Source: Lingula anatina (taxonomy: Eukaryota; Animalia; Brachiopoda). Taken from it: a stretch of 64,000 nucleotides of DNA. The notes under the pieces were generated by a model. The model ran no database searches. It had not been told where the DNA came from and saw only the letters and a program-made list of their open reading frames with translations. Below, one piece after another: positions 8,409 to 18,647 of this stretch. Made by a program: the position numbers and the translations under genes. The DNA is taken from positions 4,464,001 to 4,528,000 of the forward strand of contig CM120645.1 of assembly GCA_051362555.1 (NCBI GenBank), in the 5' to 3' direction. The stretch's first letter is position 1; each line of letters opens with the position of its first letter.

Positions 8409-9080
8409 TCATTTACATGTGTATGCGTAATGCGTTTCTCCGGGAAAGATATTGGTGCGCAGACGAATGCAATCCGCAGTGTTCTGTCTGAGGTCTATGA
8501 GTAAATAGCTATGGGCACTGGATGTGGCGTCTTTATAAACATTTATAAACGATTTTAGATCGTTGGGATACATTTGCATTCCTAGCGTTTTGACTTGCAG
8601 GGAGTCACGGGGGTTTTTAAAAAGAACCAAATAATGACAGTTCAACGATATGGTTCGCGCGTGCTTTTCTTTGGGAAATAAATTTTGTACAATCAATACT
8701 ACACTGATGTTACGATGGTGAGAGCCTTTTGTGAATAGGTCACGGATCCGGGCATCGTCGCTACATTCGGCAAAAAGATCATCGAGTACTATTAGATTAT
8801 TTAATTGAGAATCAAAAAAGGTGGCGTCGGTTAAGTCGGTAGGAATACCTTTAAAGAATGTTACTGTGTCAGGGTGTTCCCTCTGAATATCATCGAACAA
8901 CTGCTGCCAAATATCGTAACAATATATTATCTTTTGTGGCGACGGTGAAATCATTTTATCGGCATTTGATAATAGCCTTTTAATCCATACTGTTTTTCCT
9001 GAACCAGTGGGCCCTGCTAAAAGAGCAGTGAAAGGGTGTTTTAGATGTGTATCGTACATGTCCAAAAATGTAATTGACAT
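8409..9080 (-). CDS. A32/FtsK-HerA-family genome-packaging ATPase
   Basis: Walker A GPTGSGKT, Walker B LIVLDD, plus LFTKGSHHRNISVVLIVQN and RTISLN motifs. Confidence 0.95.
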   Translation of the reverse strand: MSITFLDMYDTHLKHPFTALLAGPTGSGKTVWIKRLLSNADKMISPSPQKIIYCYDIWQQLFDDIQREHPDTVTFFKGIPTDLTDATFFDSQLNNLIVLDDLFAECSDDARIRDLFTKGSHHRNISVVLIVQNLFPKEKHARTISLNCHYLVLFKNPRDSLQVKTLGMQMYPNDLKSFINVYKDATSSAHSYLLIDLRQNTADCIRLRTNIFPGETHYAYTCK

Positions 9081-9659
9081 TTATCGGCTTGAAGAGTTTA
9101 CTTTATACCTTTTATCACGTGTTATACACAAACGACATATTATTTCCTGAGTCTTTCCATGATGAAGTTCTACGTGTTTCTAAGTTTTCGCTTACTATTA
9201 TCCTTACAACATCTGGTTTTCAACGGTCAATGTTCAAGTTTTATAATTAGCCTGGCTATGCTAGCGCTTTGATCTATGTAGTAATGTGATTTATTAGGAG
9301 GGGCCTGGACATTTTAATTGAGACAGTGGTTAGGGAACACTGTTTCTATCTATCCATACATGTGAAGTGATAAAAATTGCAGTAAAATTGATAACCGCTT
9401 TTCATTTTCAAGCTAAAGTTCGTAGGTTCGGGGGAGGGTACTTAGTGACACGGTACATTCAGTTCTCATGCATCGTACACAAAGAGGCAATCGCCATTAA
9501 TTAATGTGTGCTGTTTCGTCTCTATGGGCCTTTCAATAGCGTGTGATTGTGCTTGTGCACATTCTTTTGTGAAGAGATTACGTTGAGAGCGACACTGAAA
9601 GTACTAAAGAGACTGGTGTTGTTTCTGTACACGGGGGGTACAATAGAAGACCACAGCAC

Positions 9660-9773
9660 GTACATTATTAACAACATTTTCCCCCGAAGACGATATTATT
9701 GATAGTATCCGATTTGTACGGCAGGTACATTATTAACAACATTTTCCCCCGAAGACGATATTATTGATAGTAT
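9660..9773 (+). repeat. 49-bp direct repeat (9660-9708 and 9725-9773) in the non-coding right arm of the Polinton
   Basis: GTACATTATTAACAACATTTTCCCCCGAAGACGATATTATTGATAGTAT occurs twice; a diverged copy of 9607-9681 lies at 9929-10003. Confidence 0.9.
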
Positions 9774-10012
9774 TTGCTTTGTGTTATGTTCTACTACATT
9801 TTATTGAGTGCAACGCTGACTATGTAATGAAATTTAAACGCGTATCAATCGATACAATAGAACAACTGTAGTCACACCCATGCGTGTTGTTGTAAGGGAT
9901 TACATCAAGAGAGTGGCATTGAAATTATAAGAGGCTGGTGTTGATTCTGTGAACAGGGAGGACAATATAAGGCCAGGGCATATGAATAATCAACAGCATT
10001 TTCTCACGGTTG

Positions 10013-10332
10013 TCCAACATATATAGCCTTCAAATTGCACGCCTGAACATGCAACACGCCTAACAAAAGAATTGCGCTTGACGTCATCCGTCGCTATGAC
10101 AAAACGTAAACATTACCCCGACATGCCCAGGCCCGTTCTGTGACGTCATCCGTTACCATAGTGAAACGTAAACAAAAATAGGGAGTCTCGTTTGTTTACA
10201 TTAAAAAAATTGTTTGTTTATTTTGTAAACATCCCCATTGTCCGGTATAGGTTTTCCATTGTTCAAATGATGTAACATAACAAAAGAAAAAAGTGGAATT
10301 CTTTTCTCCCGTATAGTACGGATGTAACTACT
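10013..10332 (-). repeat. Right terminal inverted repeat (320 bp)
   Basis: Runs TCCAACATATATAGCCTTC...GGATGTAACTACT, the reverse complement of 980-1299. Confidence 0.96.
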
Positions 10333-11786
10333 CTAGAGACCTTTGCCATAATTAAACTGAGACTGATTTCAACTTTAACTAGATGAAGCCGTAAATAAAA
10401 TTATTCAACCCTTTTAAAACTGAGCACATCCTTTAAAACTTGGGTACAGTTCTTTCCTGTTAATAAAATACGTTAACAGATTCATGATATATAATTATAA
10501 CTGAGACAATTGAACAATCTTTTCCAAACATTGATATTCTTTGATTTAAATGAGGAAGTTTCTAAATAATTTGGTAATGAAATCACCACTATGACATATC
10601 ATTTTTTTTAATTTAAACCAAAGATTCTTCAAATTCGTAGCCATTCTTCAAAAATAATATTTGTTCCATAATAAGGGCAAAAAGACAAATGTGCATTACA
10701 GAAAAAAATCTACTAGTATTTGAGCTCCCACCACGATTTGAAATCCACAGTGATGGCAAAAGGTTAGATCTACCATTATGACAAACAACGCGATTATTGA
10801 TCGATTTAGGCAATACAAGAGATCAAATTACAAGATCACATTCTAGAATTAGAACACGCAAATGACAAAGTTGCATTCTACAAACACTTATAAGCATCAT
10901 CTGCCTACATACTACAACTTCAGATACATTTCGTGTATGACCATCTTGCATTAATTACATATTAGTCCAGAATAATGACTTTACAATATAAAACGTGTAA
11001 GCTAACTAGTGTAGCAAGCGGAGATGAAGGTTCATCTGAACTGAAGAAATAAATTTGTATAATTTGATATATACAAATCATGAAGTTAGTGTTTTCCTAC
11101 AACCTCCTACAACTAGAAAGCTTTTCATCAAAGAACCAGACATTACCTTAGGTTATTTTGCAGGACGGTAGTCTTAAAATGGCATCATGAAATCCATCCT
11201 GCTTAATGACCAGGGCAACAAAATCTATAAAGTATTTTTTGATGATGTACTTTAAAGCAACCATGAAGTGATGAATGTTTTCATTTCGGTACTTGTATTT
11301 TCATCAAAAAAATAAGGAGAGGACGCCACCTTGGATTTGGTTGACAAATTGAAAAATGTAAAATGGCTGAAAATCGAAGAAAACCTACTTTCTTGGAGCC
11401 AGCACAAATATTTATAATATTTATTGTTAACAAGATTTAAAATCAATTTTTTTATTTATATATGACAAATGAATAACGTGGCGGCCATCTTGGATTTTAC
11501 TTGTTTCCCGAACAAACGGACACTATTACAAGCCGGAAACAAGCAGCTATAAAACCATGTTCTGAACTGTAGGGCCATTTATAAAACCGCTGTGTGACGG
11601 GGGTTCATCCAAATCCTTAAATAAGGTCTATTTTCCTTTAGGCTCACAGTTAACATAAATGATTATTTTCTGAAACTTCCAAACAAAATTATAATACAAA
11701 GAGTACCGGTAGTAAAAATAAAAGTATTTTACACAAGTGTTATATTCGGAGAGGTAGCGCTTCTGGCGATCATGAGTACTACCTGA

Positions 11787-11842
11787 AATATAATATAATA
11801 TAATATAATATAATATAATATAATATAATATAATATAATATA
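11787..11842 (+). repeat. (AATAT)n microsatellite
   Basis: Directly visible. Confidence 0.9.
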
Positions 11843-12158
11843 CATCAAGTAAAAAATAAGTCTACTGCAGTGGCATCGCTGTATGCTTCAAAACGGATAT
11901 AATAGTATGATTAATGTTTCAGAGATATATTTTGTGCTTGTACCTGCTGGGTGTTGCGTGTTGGCGCCATCTACAGTATTGCCGTCCATCTGAGTGAGCC
12001 AGTATGCATGCAGATTCCTGCAGAATTCCTGTATTCTGGGTCTTAGGGATGTTTTGTTCTTTATCGGGGAGGGGTTGGCAACAAAGTTCTTTTGGTCATT
12101 ATCATCTTCTTCGTCTATCGTATTTCCTACGCTGTTCTAAAAGAAAAAAATGGTAGTC

Positions 12159-12202
12159 TTATGTTGTTATGTTATGTTATGTTATGTTATGTTATGTTAT
12201 GT
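12159..12202 (+). repeat. (TTATG)n microsatellite
   Basis: Directly visible. Confidence 0.9.
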
Positions 12203-12814
12203 CACGATATTCCATGTTATTATAAGAGTGACAGGCTAAAAGCCAGACCAATTTCCAGGTCAATTTCCATCCCCATCTCCTTTTTTCATAGGCTGTTTCT
12301 TTCAGTATCTTTCTTTCTTCTCATGTGATACTGGGGTACTTTGGCTGTGGCTAGCACTGACCCCCTGATTGGCTATTTCTTTTACGTGATAAGAGATGAG
12401 TTTGTCCCGCCTTTTCTCAGACTACCTGTCAGCCAGACGGACACATTTATTGTGATTCTGTTTCTTTCAAGAATAAACTTCATGTACTTTAAGTGCGATA
12501 TTATAGTTTAAATCTGTGACATAAGCTAATTGCATCGTGTGTGAGTTTATCAGATTTAAAAATCTTATTCTATATTTAAGACACCACTTAACTGAACATT
12601 TTTGTAAGGATTTAAAGTGTTCTAAAAATGAATAAAAATTAAGTTAATCATACCGATTTTTCCAAAGCGCTGGCCACGTCCTTGCTTAAAGCCTCCTCGG
12701 ATGTGTTCATTGGAGTCACGAAACAAGCATACGTGTTGTTTATTTCCATCTTGTAAATTACCAAACTTTGAAATTTATCCAATAAAGTATTACAGGGTAG
12801 GTAGTACATGTATT

Positions 12815-12874
<60 letters not shown>

Positions 12875-13556
12875 CCTATATATATATATTGCAACATGAG
12901 TCCATATATTCTGTTAGTTCATTGATCGGGGGTACTTAAAGAAGATTGTTAGTAATACTTGCACACCACTTTTGGCGCTCACCGATTGGTCGAGAGGCAT
13001 GCAGTCACGTGCGGTCAAATATTTTAGTGACTGGACCTCTTAGTAAACCAAATTCGCCATCTTAGATCTCCGTGTACATTCTATATGAACCATATACCTC
13101 ATTGATATGTTCTTGGCGTGTCTTATTTATTTTCAATTATCTTATGAGTTCTCCATATTGCAACAAATATAAGGCAGTCATATAGGCTTTGTTTTTAGGA
13201 CTCCTCTAAGCTAGGTTCAACCGTCAGATAGGCCTCGGTCATTTATACAGGGTTGCTACTTTAAAATATGGAATATTTTTTATCATTGTTATTTTTTAGT
13301 GCTGATTAAATTTTTTTTGGCTTGATTCATCAAAAAAGCATGTCACTGAGTGATAAAAACATCCAGTCTTCTGTTGTGAGATATTTTGGTCAATGATATC
13401 AAGTCTGACCTAAGATGCCATTCAAAAGAAAGGAACACCCCCAGAAAATCATATCAACAGTTTGACGTCTGTATTAACTTTAAGCTAAGATATTAAAGAA
13501 AATGATAGCCTCCGGACAGTAATATGTTACACAGTCAAAGAACTCACTACAGTAAA

Positions 13557-14200
13557 TCATGAAAAATCAGTAATTGTATGACCTCCAGCAGCCGCTTGCA
13601 GCGCCCTCATCCTACATGGCATGCCCTGCGACACGTTTTTTAGAGTTTGGATGGGGATATCATTCCACGCAGTGATATTTGCCTGTCGCAGTCCATCACT
13701 ATTTACCGGCCGATGACCATAGCTATTAATTCTGTGAGTTACTTTTGCCCAAATTTTTTCAATTGGGTTCATATCTGGAGAGTTTGCAGGCCAGGGCAGT
13801 TGCTGAACCCATTGATTTTGAAGAAAAACAGTGATTCTGTGGGCTCGATGTGGGGTTGCACAGTCGTCTTGGTACACAAATTTGTTCCTGAAGATGACTC
13901 TTACCAATCGAAGCATTGTTTGCTGTAGAATGTCTCTGTAAGAATCCTGGATGAAGTTGCCTCCTAGAAAAACCAACTGGTTCTGGGCACCGACATGAAA
14001 TGCTCCCCAAACAGAGACGTTACCATCCCCTGCTTGCACCCTAGGCAGTACACAATCATCGTTTTATGCCCCTTGTACACGTCGGTGGACACGGATTCGA
14101 CCATCAACCCTAAAAAACCATATCTGGCCTCGTCACTGAAAATGACGTGATTCCAGTGTTGTGGCTGCAAACGCACGTGGTCCCCAGCCCATTGCAGACG
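13557..14200 (-). pseudogene. Decayed Tc1-family (DD34E) transposase
   Basis: WNHVIFSDEAR is in one frame; VWGAF...YQDDCATPH...WPANSPDMNPIEKIW is in another, with 34 residues between D and E. Frameshifted; TIRs not resolved. Confidence 0.88.
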
Positions 14201-14974
14201 TCGCTGTATGTGACCTTGGTATCAATTCTGTGCACTTATGGCAACTAGACAATCATTTAACAATCTGTTTACAAAGGTTTTCTGTTTACTTGTGTGTACT
14301 TAGCGGATTGGCTCTCTTGCTTGTCCACAGAGGAAGAAACCTTATTCCTGATCCTGAGACAATCTACGATATGAAGTCCAATTGGCGTGTTGTGTTGAAA
14401 AAAATGACTGTACTTATGGCAAAATGAACCCACAATTTCTGACTTCTGATTGAGCAATAAATAACGGTTAAAATGCACCAGAATGCAGTATTATACATAC
14501 AGTTTTTTAAAAATTTCCACACCGTGGGAGGGGGACACCCCCTCCCACCCCCTCCCTCCTCAGGGGCTTCGCCCCCTCGTGTCCGCTTACTGCCCCCCCT
14601 GGCATTTTGCTCAGGCTACGGCCCTGAAAATATAGTTTTAATTTATGTCTGGTTGACAGACAAAAAAAAAACGGAAATCTGAAAATGGGATCTTGCCCGA
14701 ATTTCCACGCAAGTAGTAAGAAAGTCACTCCCGATTTTAACTCTGGTTATGCGTTACTTATAATGCACCTTTTTCAAGAGTATTGCAAAAAACATAGCTG
14801 TAATATTAATAGATAAATGCATGGTGCCTCCTGCACTAAATGCACTTAAATGATTGGCATACCACACGATCTGCTCAACTCCTCCCTGCAATTGGATTTG
14901 ATGTTTTGTACGATTGCTTCTTAATTAACTTAGTTCCAAACAAATCATAATTCATTGAGATCATAGTGTCTTCT

Positions 14975-14975
<1 letters not shown>

Positions 14976-15054
<79 letters not shown>
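14976..15054 (+). repeat. (TA)n microsatellite (others at ~12818, 33878, 37982, 41312)
   Basis: Directly visible. Confidence 0.9.
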
Positions 15055-15060
<6 letters not shown>

Positions 15061-15397
15061 TGGGTTTTGTCTTTTTTTAAAGGTCTGGACAGGAGATGAT
15101 AAACAGCAGTGCAGGATATTTAGACATAAAACGGGTCAATTTCAAATAAATAGTATAATATACCTAAAGGACACGTCCAGGCAATTGTCTGACATGCATA
15201 TATTAACACTGTAATATTTTTTGTAGATAAAGCAACTATCTAGAGTCAGAAAGACCCCGTTGTAATAACCAGTCGGTTGGTTATTCAGCTCCAGGTTCTG
15301 CTTGTGTTAATTTTCATCAATAAGCGAACTGAGAGAGGCTTTTATAATTTTCTACTACATGATTTATTTCAGCAGAACTCGATCTCTATAACTGTAA

Positions 15398-15611
15398 GAC
15401 CCCATTCCCACAGATTTTTGATCGATCTGTCCCTGTGGGGAGTCTCACTAGATTACTGTCAGCTTAGCCGGCTTAAACGTCTGTCCCGCCTACTAAAAGC
15501 TGTAAGGGGGTAATTAACTACCATGCGCGCTCGGCTGACATCAATTTAGCGAGAACCCCCGGGGAGTTGGTCGATCTAGATGGATCGATCTAAATCTATG
15601 GGAATGCACTC
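15398..15611. mobile_element. MITE, probably PIF/Harbinger (Tourist)-type; second copy inverted at 54026-54251
   Basis: Imperfect TIRs ..CATTCCCACAGATTTTTGATCGATCT / GATCGATCTAAATCTATGGGAATG.., flanked by TAA on both sides; close homologue at 54 kb. Confidence 0.75.
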
Positions 15612-17082
15612 TAAGACTCTGTGTATATGTGTCTGTCCATCTTGCTGTCTTGTTATGTATCTCTCTGTCTCCTTTTTCATACATCAAATTTACTTTCATA
15701 GGTGACAGGCAACTTGCCACATCACATCTGAAGAAATTAAAACTTAACTGTTTCCATCAATTGCAGATTGCATTTTAAATTAACTTTTATAGGTTGCATA
15801 CATCCTGTCACATATACATAGATCTGAGCATATTAAGACTTTATGGTATATACAGTTTAAACCAACACACTACTTCCCATTACTTTAATTATGTATATAT
15901 GAATATATCTACAAATCGTATTCAAGTCTCAATACACCGTGAAAAAGCTGAGACTCGCTTATAGCAGTCATAGCAAAGACACTATAATATCATTAGAGTT
16001 GATTGAAGCCATGTGTTACCCGCTTTTCAAAAAAGGAAATAAACGATTATAGATAGAAGAGCTATATGTTTTATTTTACAGTCGGTGTCAAGCTTAAAAT
16101 ACTGGTGATCTTTCAGGTGATATTTTCAGTCAGACCATATCTATAATGACAACTGTTTTTAAACCTACCACAAATCAAATTTCATTTTTCCGTTTAAACT
16201 CAGACTCTCCATGTTTAGCGGCAGTATGGAACCCCAGATTTCAGTTGAATATAATCTGAATTTTGCAGAAAAGATGCACGTGCAATATATAATCAGTACT
16301 TTCTTATCCATTGCAAAACTGTTGCAAATTAAAAGAAAACATTCTAACGAGGTCAAAAACAGTTATACCTTGTTATCGTTTATTTTGTCGTGATAAATGC
16401 TGCATAGATTTATCATTCTTACAAATTGCTGTCCTTTGAATACTCAGAACTAAGGAAAACACATTATAACCTACCTGTATATCTTATTCAACCGTTTATG
16501 TTGAAGGAAAAGCGTCTGATAATGCTGCTTAAAACCTGCCGAGTGCGCTGTAAAGGTTGGTAATGCAGTATCCCCTAAAACTCTCCCTTTTTTCTTTCCT
16601 TCAATGATGACATAATTATAGGTTTATAGGTAGGCAGCCGTTATAGGGGTACTTTTATCTGCATTGGTGTCGACTTATTAAAAAGCACCTGTATAAACTC
16701 ATTGCAGACAGATTAACGCTCAACGCAGTGCCATAGTGGGGGGGGGGGGGGGGGGGAGAGAGGTGCGCTATATTTACAAGTCATCAAGATTCTTAACCCA
16801 TAACAGAGGCCCTACGTGGTGATTTTTCATGCTATTACGCTGCAACAGCAACTCTTCCTCAAGGTACCGCACTTATTTTCGATCAACCATGAATTATTGT
16901 TCCCGTGATGTGTCTGCTGAGATTGATTCGCTTTTCTTTTTGGATCAGACACATATCGTTAGAAAAAAATTTTCTTTGTTGTGAATTTGAGTATGCAATA
17001 ACAGTGCGTTTAACAACTCTCCGTTCAATTCACCAAATATCTGCAGTGTACAGTATGTGCCCTGCCAAAATCCTACCAGAGC

Positions 17083-17240
17083 CGGTGTAACAGGAATGCA
17101 AGTCCGCTAGGAACCGTAGCCCCCTTCTCATTACTTTATACAGGTGACATTCGTCCCATGTACCGGTACTAACCACAACACTCCAACTAACCCCAACTTG
17201 TGCTGAACATATGGGAACCCGGACTTCCATTTCTAGGACT
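17083..17240 (+). repeat. Unclassified dispersed repeat; homologue at ~43022-43172
   Basis: Both sites share GGTGT.ACAGGAATG...CCGCTAGGA.CCGTAG...ACAGG.GACATTC and CTTCCATTTCTAG. Confidence 0.7.
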
Positions 17241-18647
17241 TGCATTCCTGTTACCTGTACACCTGTCGCATTCTCTCCAGTTTAGCAGTCTCTGCGTGGT
17301 TAGCTTTCTAGTCATCACTACAACCGTCTCAACGTCGACAGAGTAGGAAAGAGAGAGAGCACCTCCCGCCTGGTACAACTTCAATGACCAGTTAAATCGG
17401 TGATTTTGTTTAAAAAACAATTTACCTACCGTTGGCGTGGAAAAATTAGATATCATTAAAATAAACTGCCAAAGTAATTTTCTTTTACTTCTATATTTTT
17501 ACTCTATACTTCATTTTTAGTTATCACTGTGAAACGTACCTTGAAGTAACAAAAATTTGATTTATTATTCAGTGTCAGTCTTGGAAATATCCACAAATTA
17601 CAGGTCTATTGTAATCATTAACAAGAAAGCAAATTTAAGCCTTTTTAGTTAAAGCTATAATTATTCTTTTATCCATCCAATTTGATTCTGCAAATATAGT
17701 GCAAACTAGCCAATATTTGGCATTCATCACTAAAATTTTGCTGAATAATATATTCTAGTGTAATGGTAGAAATTAAGCAACAGCCTGAGATATTAAATTC
17801 ACTATTTCTTCAATCGTGTTCTCTGTCATTAGCCTTGACCTTTATCAAAGAAAAATCTGTATGCAAGTTACACAGACACCTGCTGTTATCTTAGACCTAA
17901 GAGGTTCTAAAACAAGAGAAACTGCATGGAGTTAGTCCACAGTTTGGGACATTGTCGTAATGTTAATTCTTTGATAGGATTATTTATACCATTCATCGCA
18001 ACTTAAGTATTTAAGTCCACTCTTGTTCTTTCTCAACAAAAAGCTAATGATGATATTCAACAAATACACTCTTCCTTTAAATGAAAATATTACATCTTTT
18101 TATCTACAGCTGGTAATAGTTAAAATGTCTTCTGTTATAATTAATTCATAAAGGGTAATTACAGTAAATGCATTCTTCTGCTAATTATGTGCCAACAATT
18201 ATAGTTCTCCAGTTATTAATTTATTATTAAATTCTATTATTTGTAAAAAAAAAATCAGAAATATGATTTACTGACCAGAGTTGAAATATTTTCTAATAAA
18301 ACATAACCTATTTAGAATAGTGGCAGTGCACATATTATTATTTTTACATAGTTCATACAGTAGAAAAACTACATGAGCTGGTTTCACAAAATTGGTTTCA
18401 CAAAATTGGTTTTGGTTTTCATAATTTGCAAATAAATCTATGACGGAAGTCCACTCAAATATAGCAAGAATTGCTCTGAAACATTAGTCTTTTTTGCTAA
18501 AAACCAGGCCCACCATTTTACTTAATTGAACTACCATTGATCTATAATGAGTCAAAGTCCTCAAAAACACCGGTCTAAAAGTTTCCATCAATTATCTTTT
18601 GCGAAAGGGGAGCCCCCAGAAGAAAAAACACTACAAGCACTTCCAAA

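Larger units (their letters stand above)
980..10332. mobile_element. Polinton/Maverick (adintovirus-like) endogenous element, 9,353 bp, lacking pPolB
   Basis: Termini are 5'-AGTAGT (980) and ACTACT-3' (10332), with 320-bp inverted repeats and a 6-bp direct repeat CTAGAG at 974-979 and 10333-10338. The interior encodes rve integrase, capsid proteins, cysteine protease and A32-like ATPase, the standard Polinton gene set. Confidence 0.96.

Noticed and set aside
9081-9180. Possible remnant of the pPolB C-terminus (minus-strand ...CITRDKRYKVNSSSR*) abutting the ATPase start
   Set aside because: Only a short RDKR resemblance, bounded by stops and with no PolB catalytic or exonuclease motifs; not distinguishable from chance without an alignment.
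9660-9773. Repeat-spacer-repeat pattern resembling a CRISPR array
   Set aside because: Only two 49-bp copies with a 16-bp spacer, eukaryotic context and no cas genes.
10560-11640. Possible decayed transposon adjacent to the Polinton
   Set aside because: Looks repeat-derived, but no matching termini or protein motif could be established by eye.
12701-12925. Short ORFs with IYIY, CVCV or MLCYV runs here and elsewhere (e.g. 12092, 37947, 57473)
   Set aside because: Translations of microsatellites.
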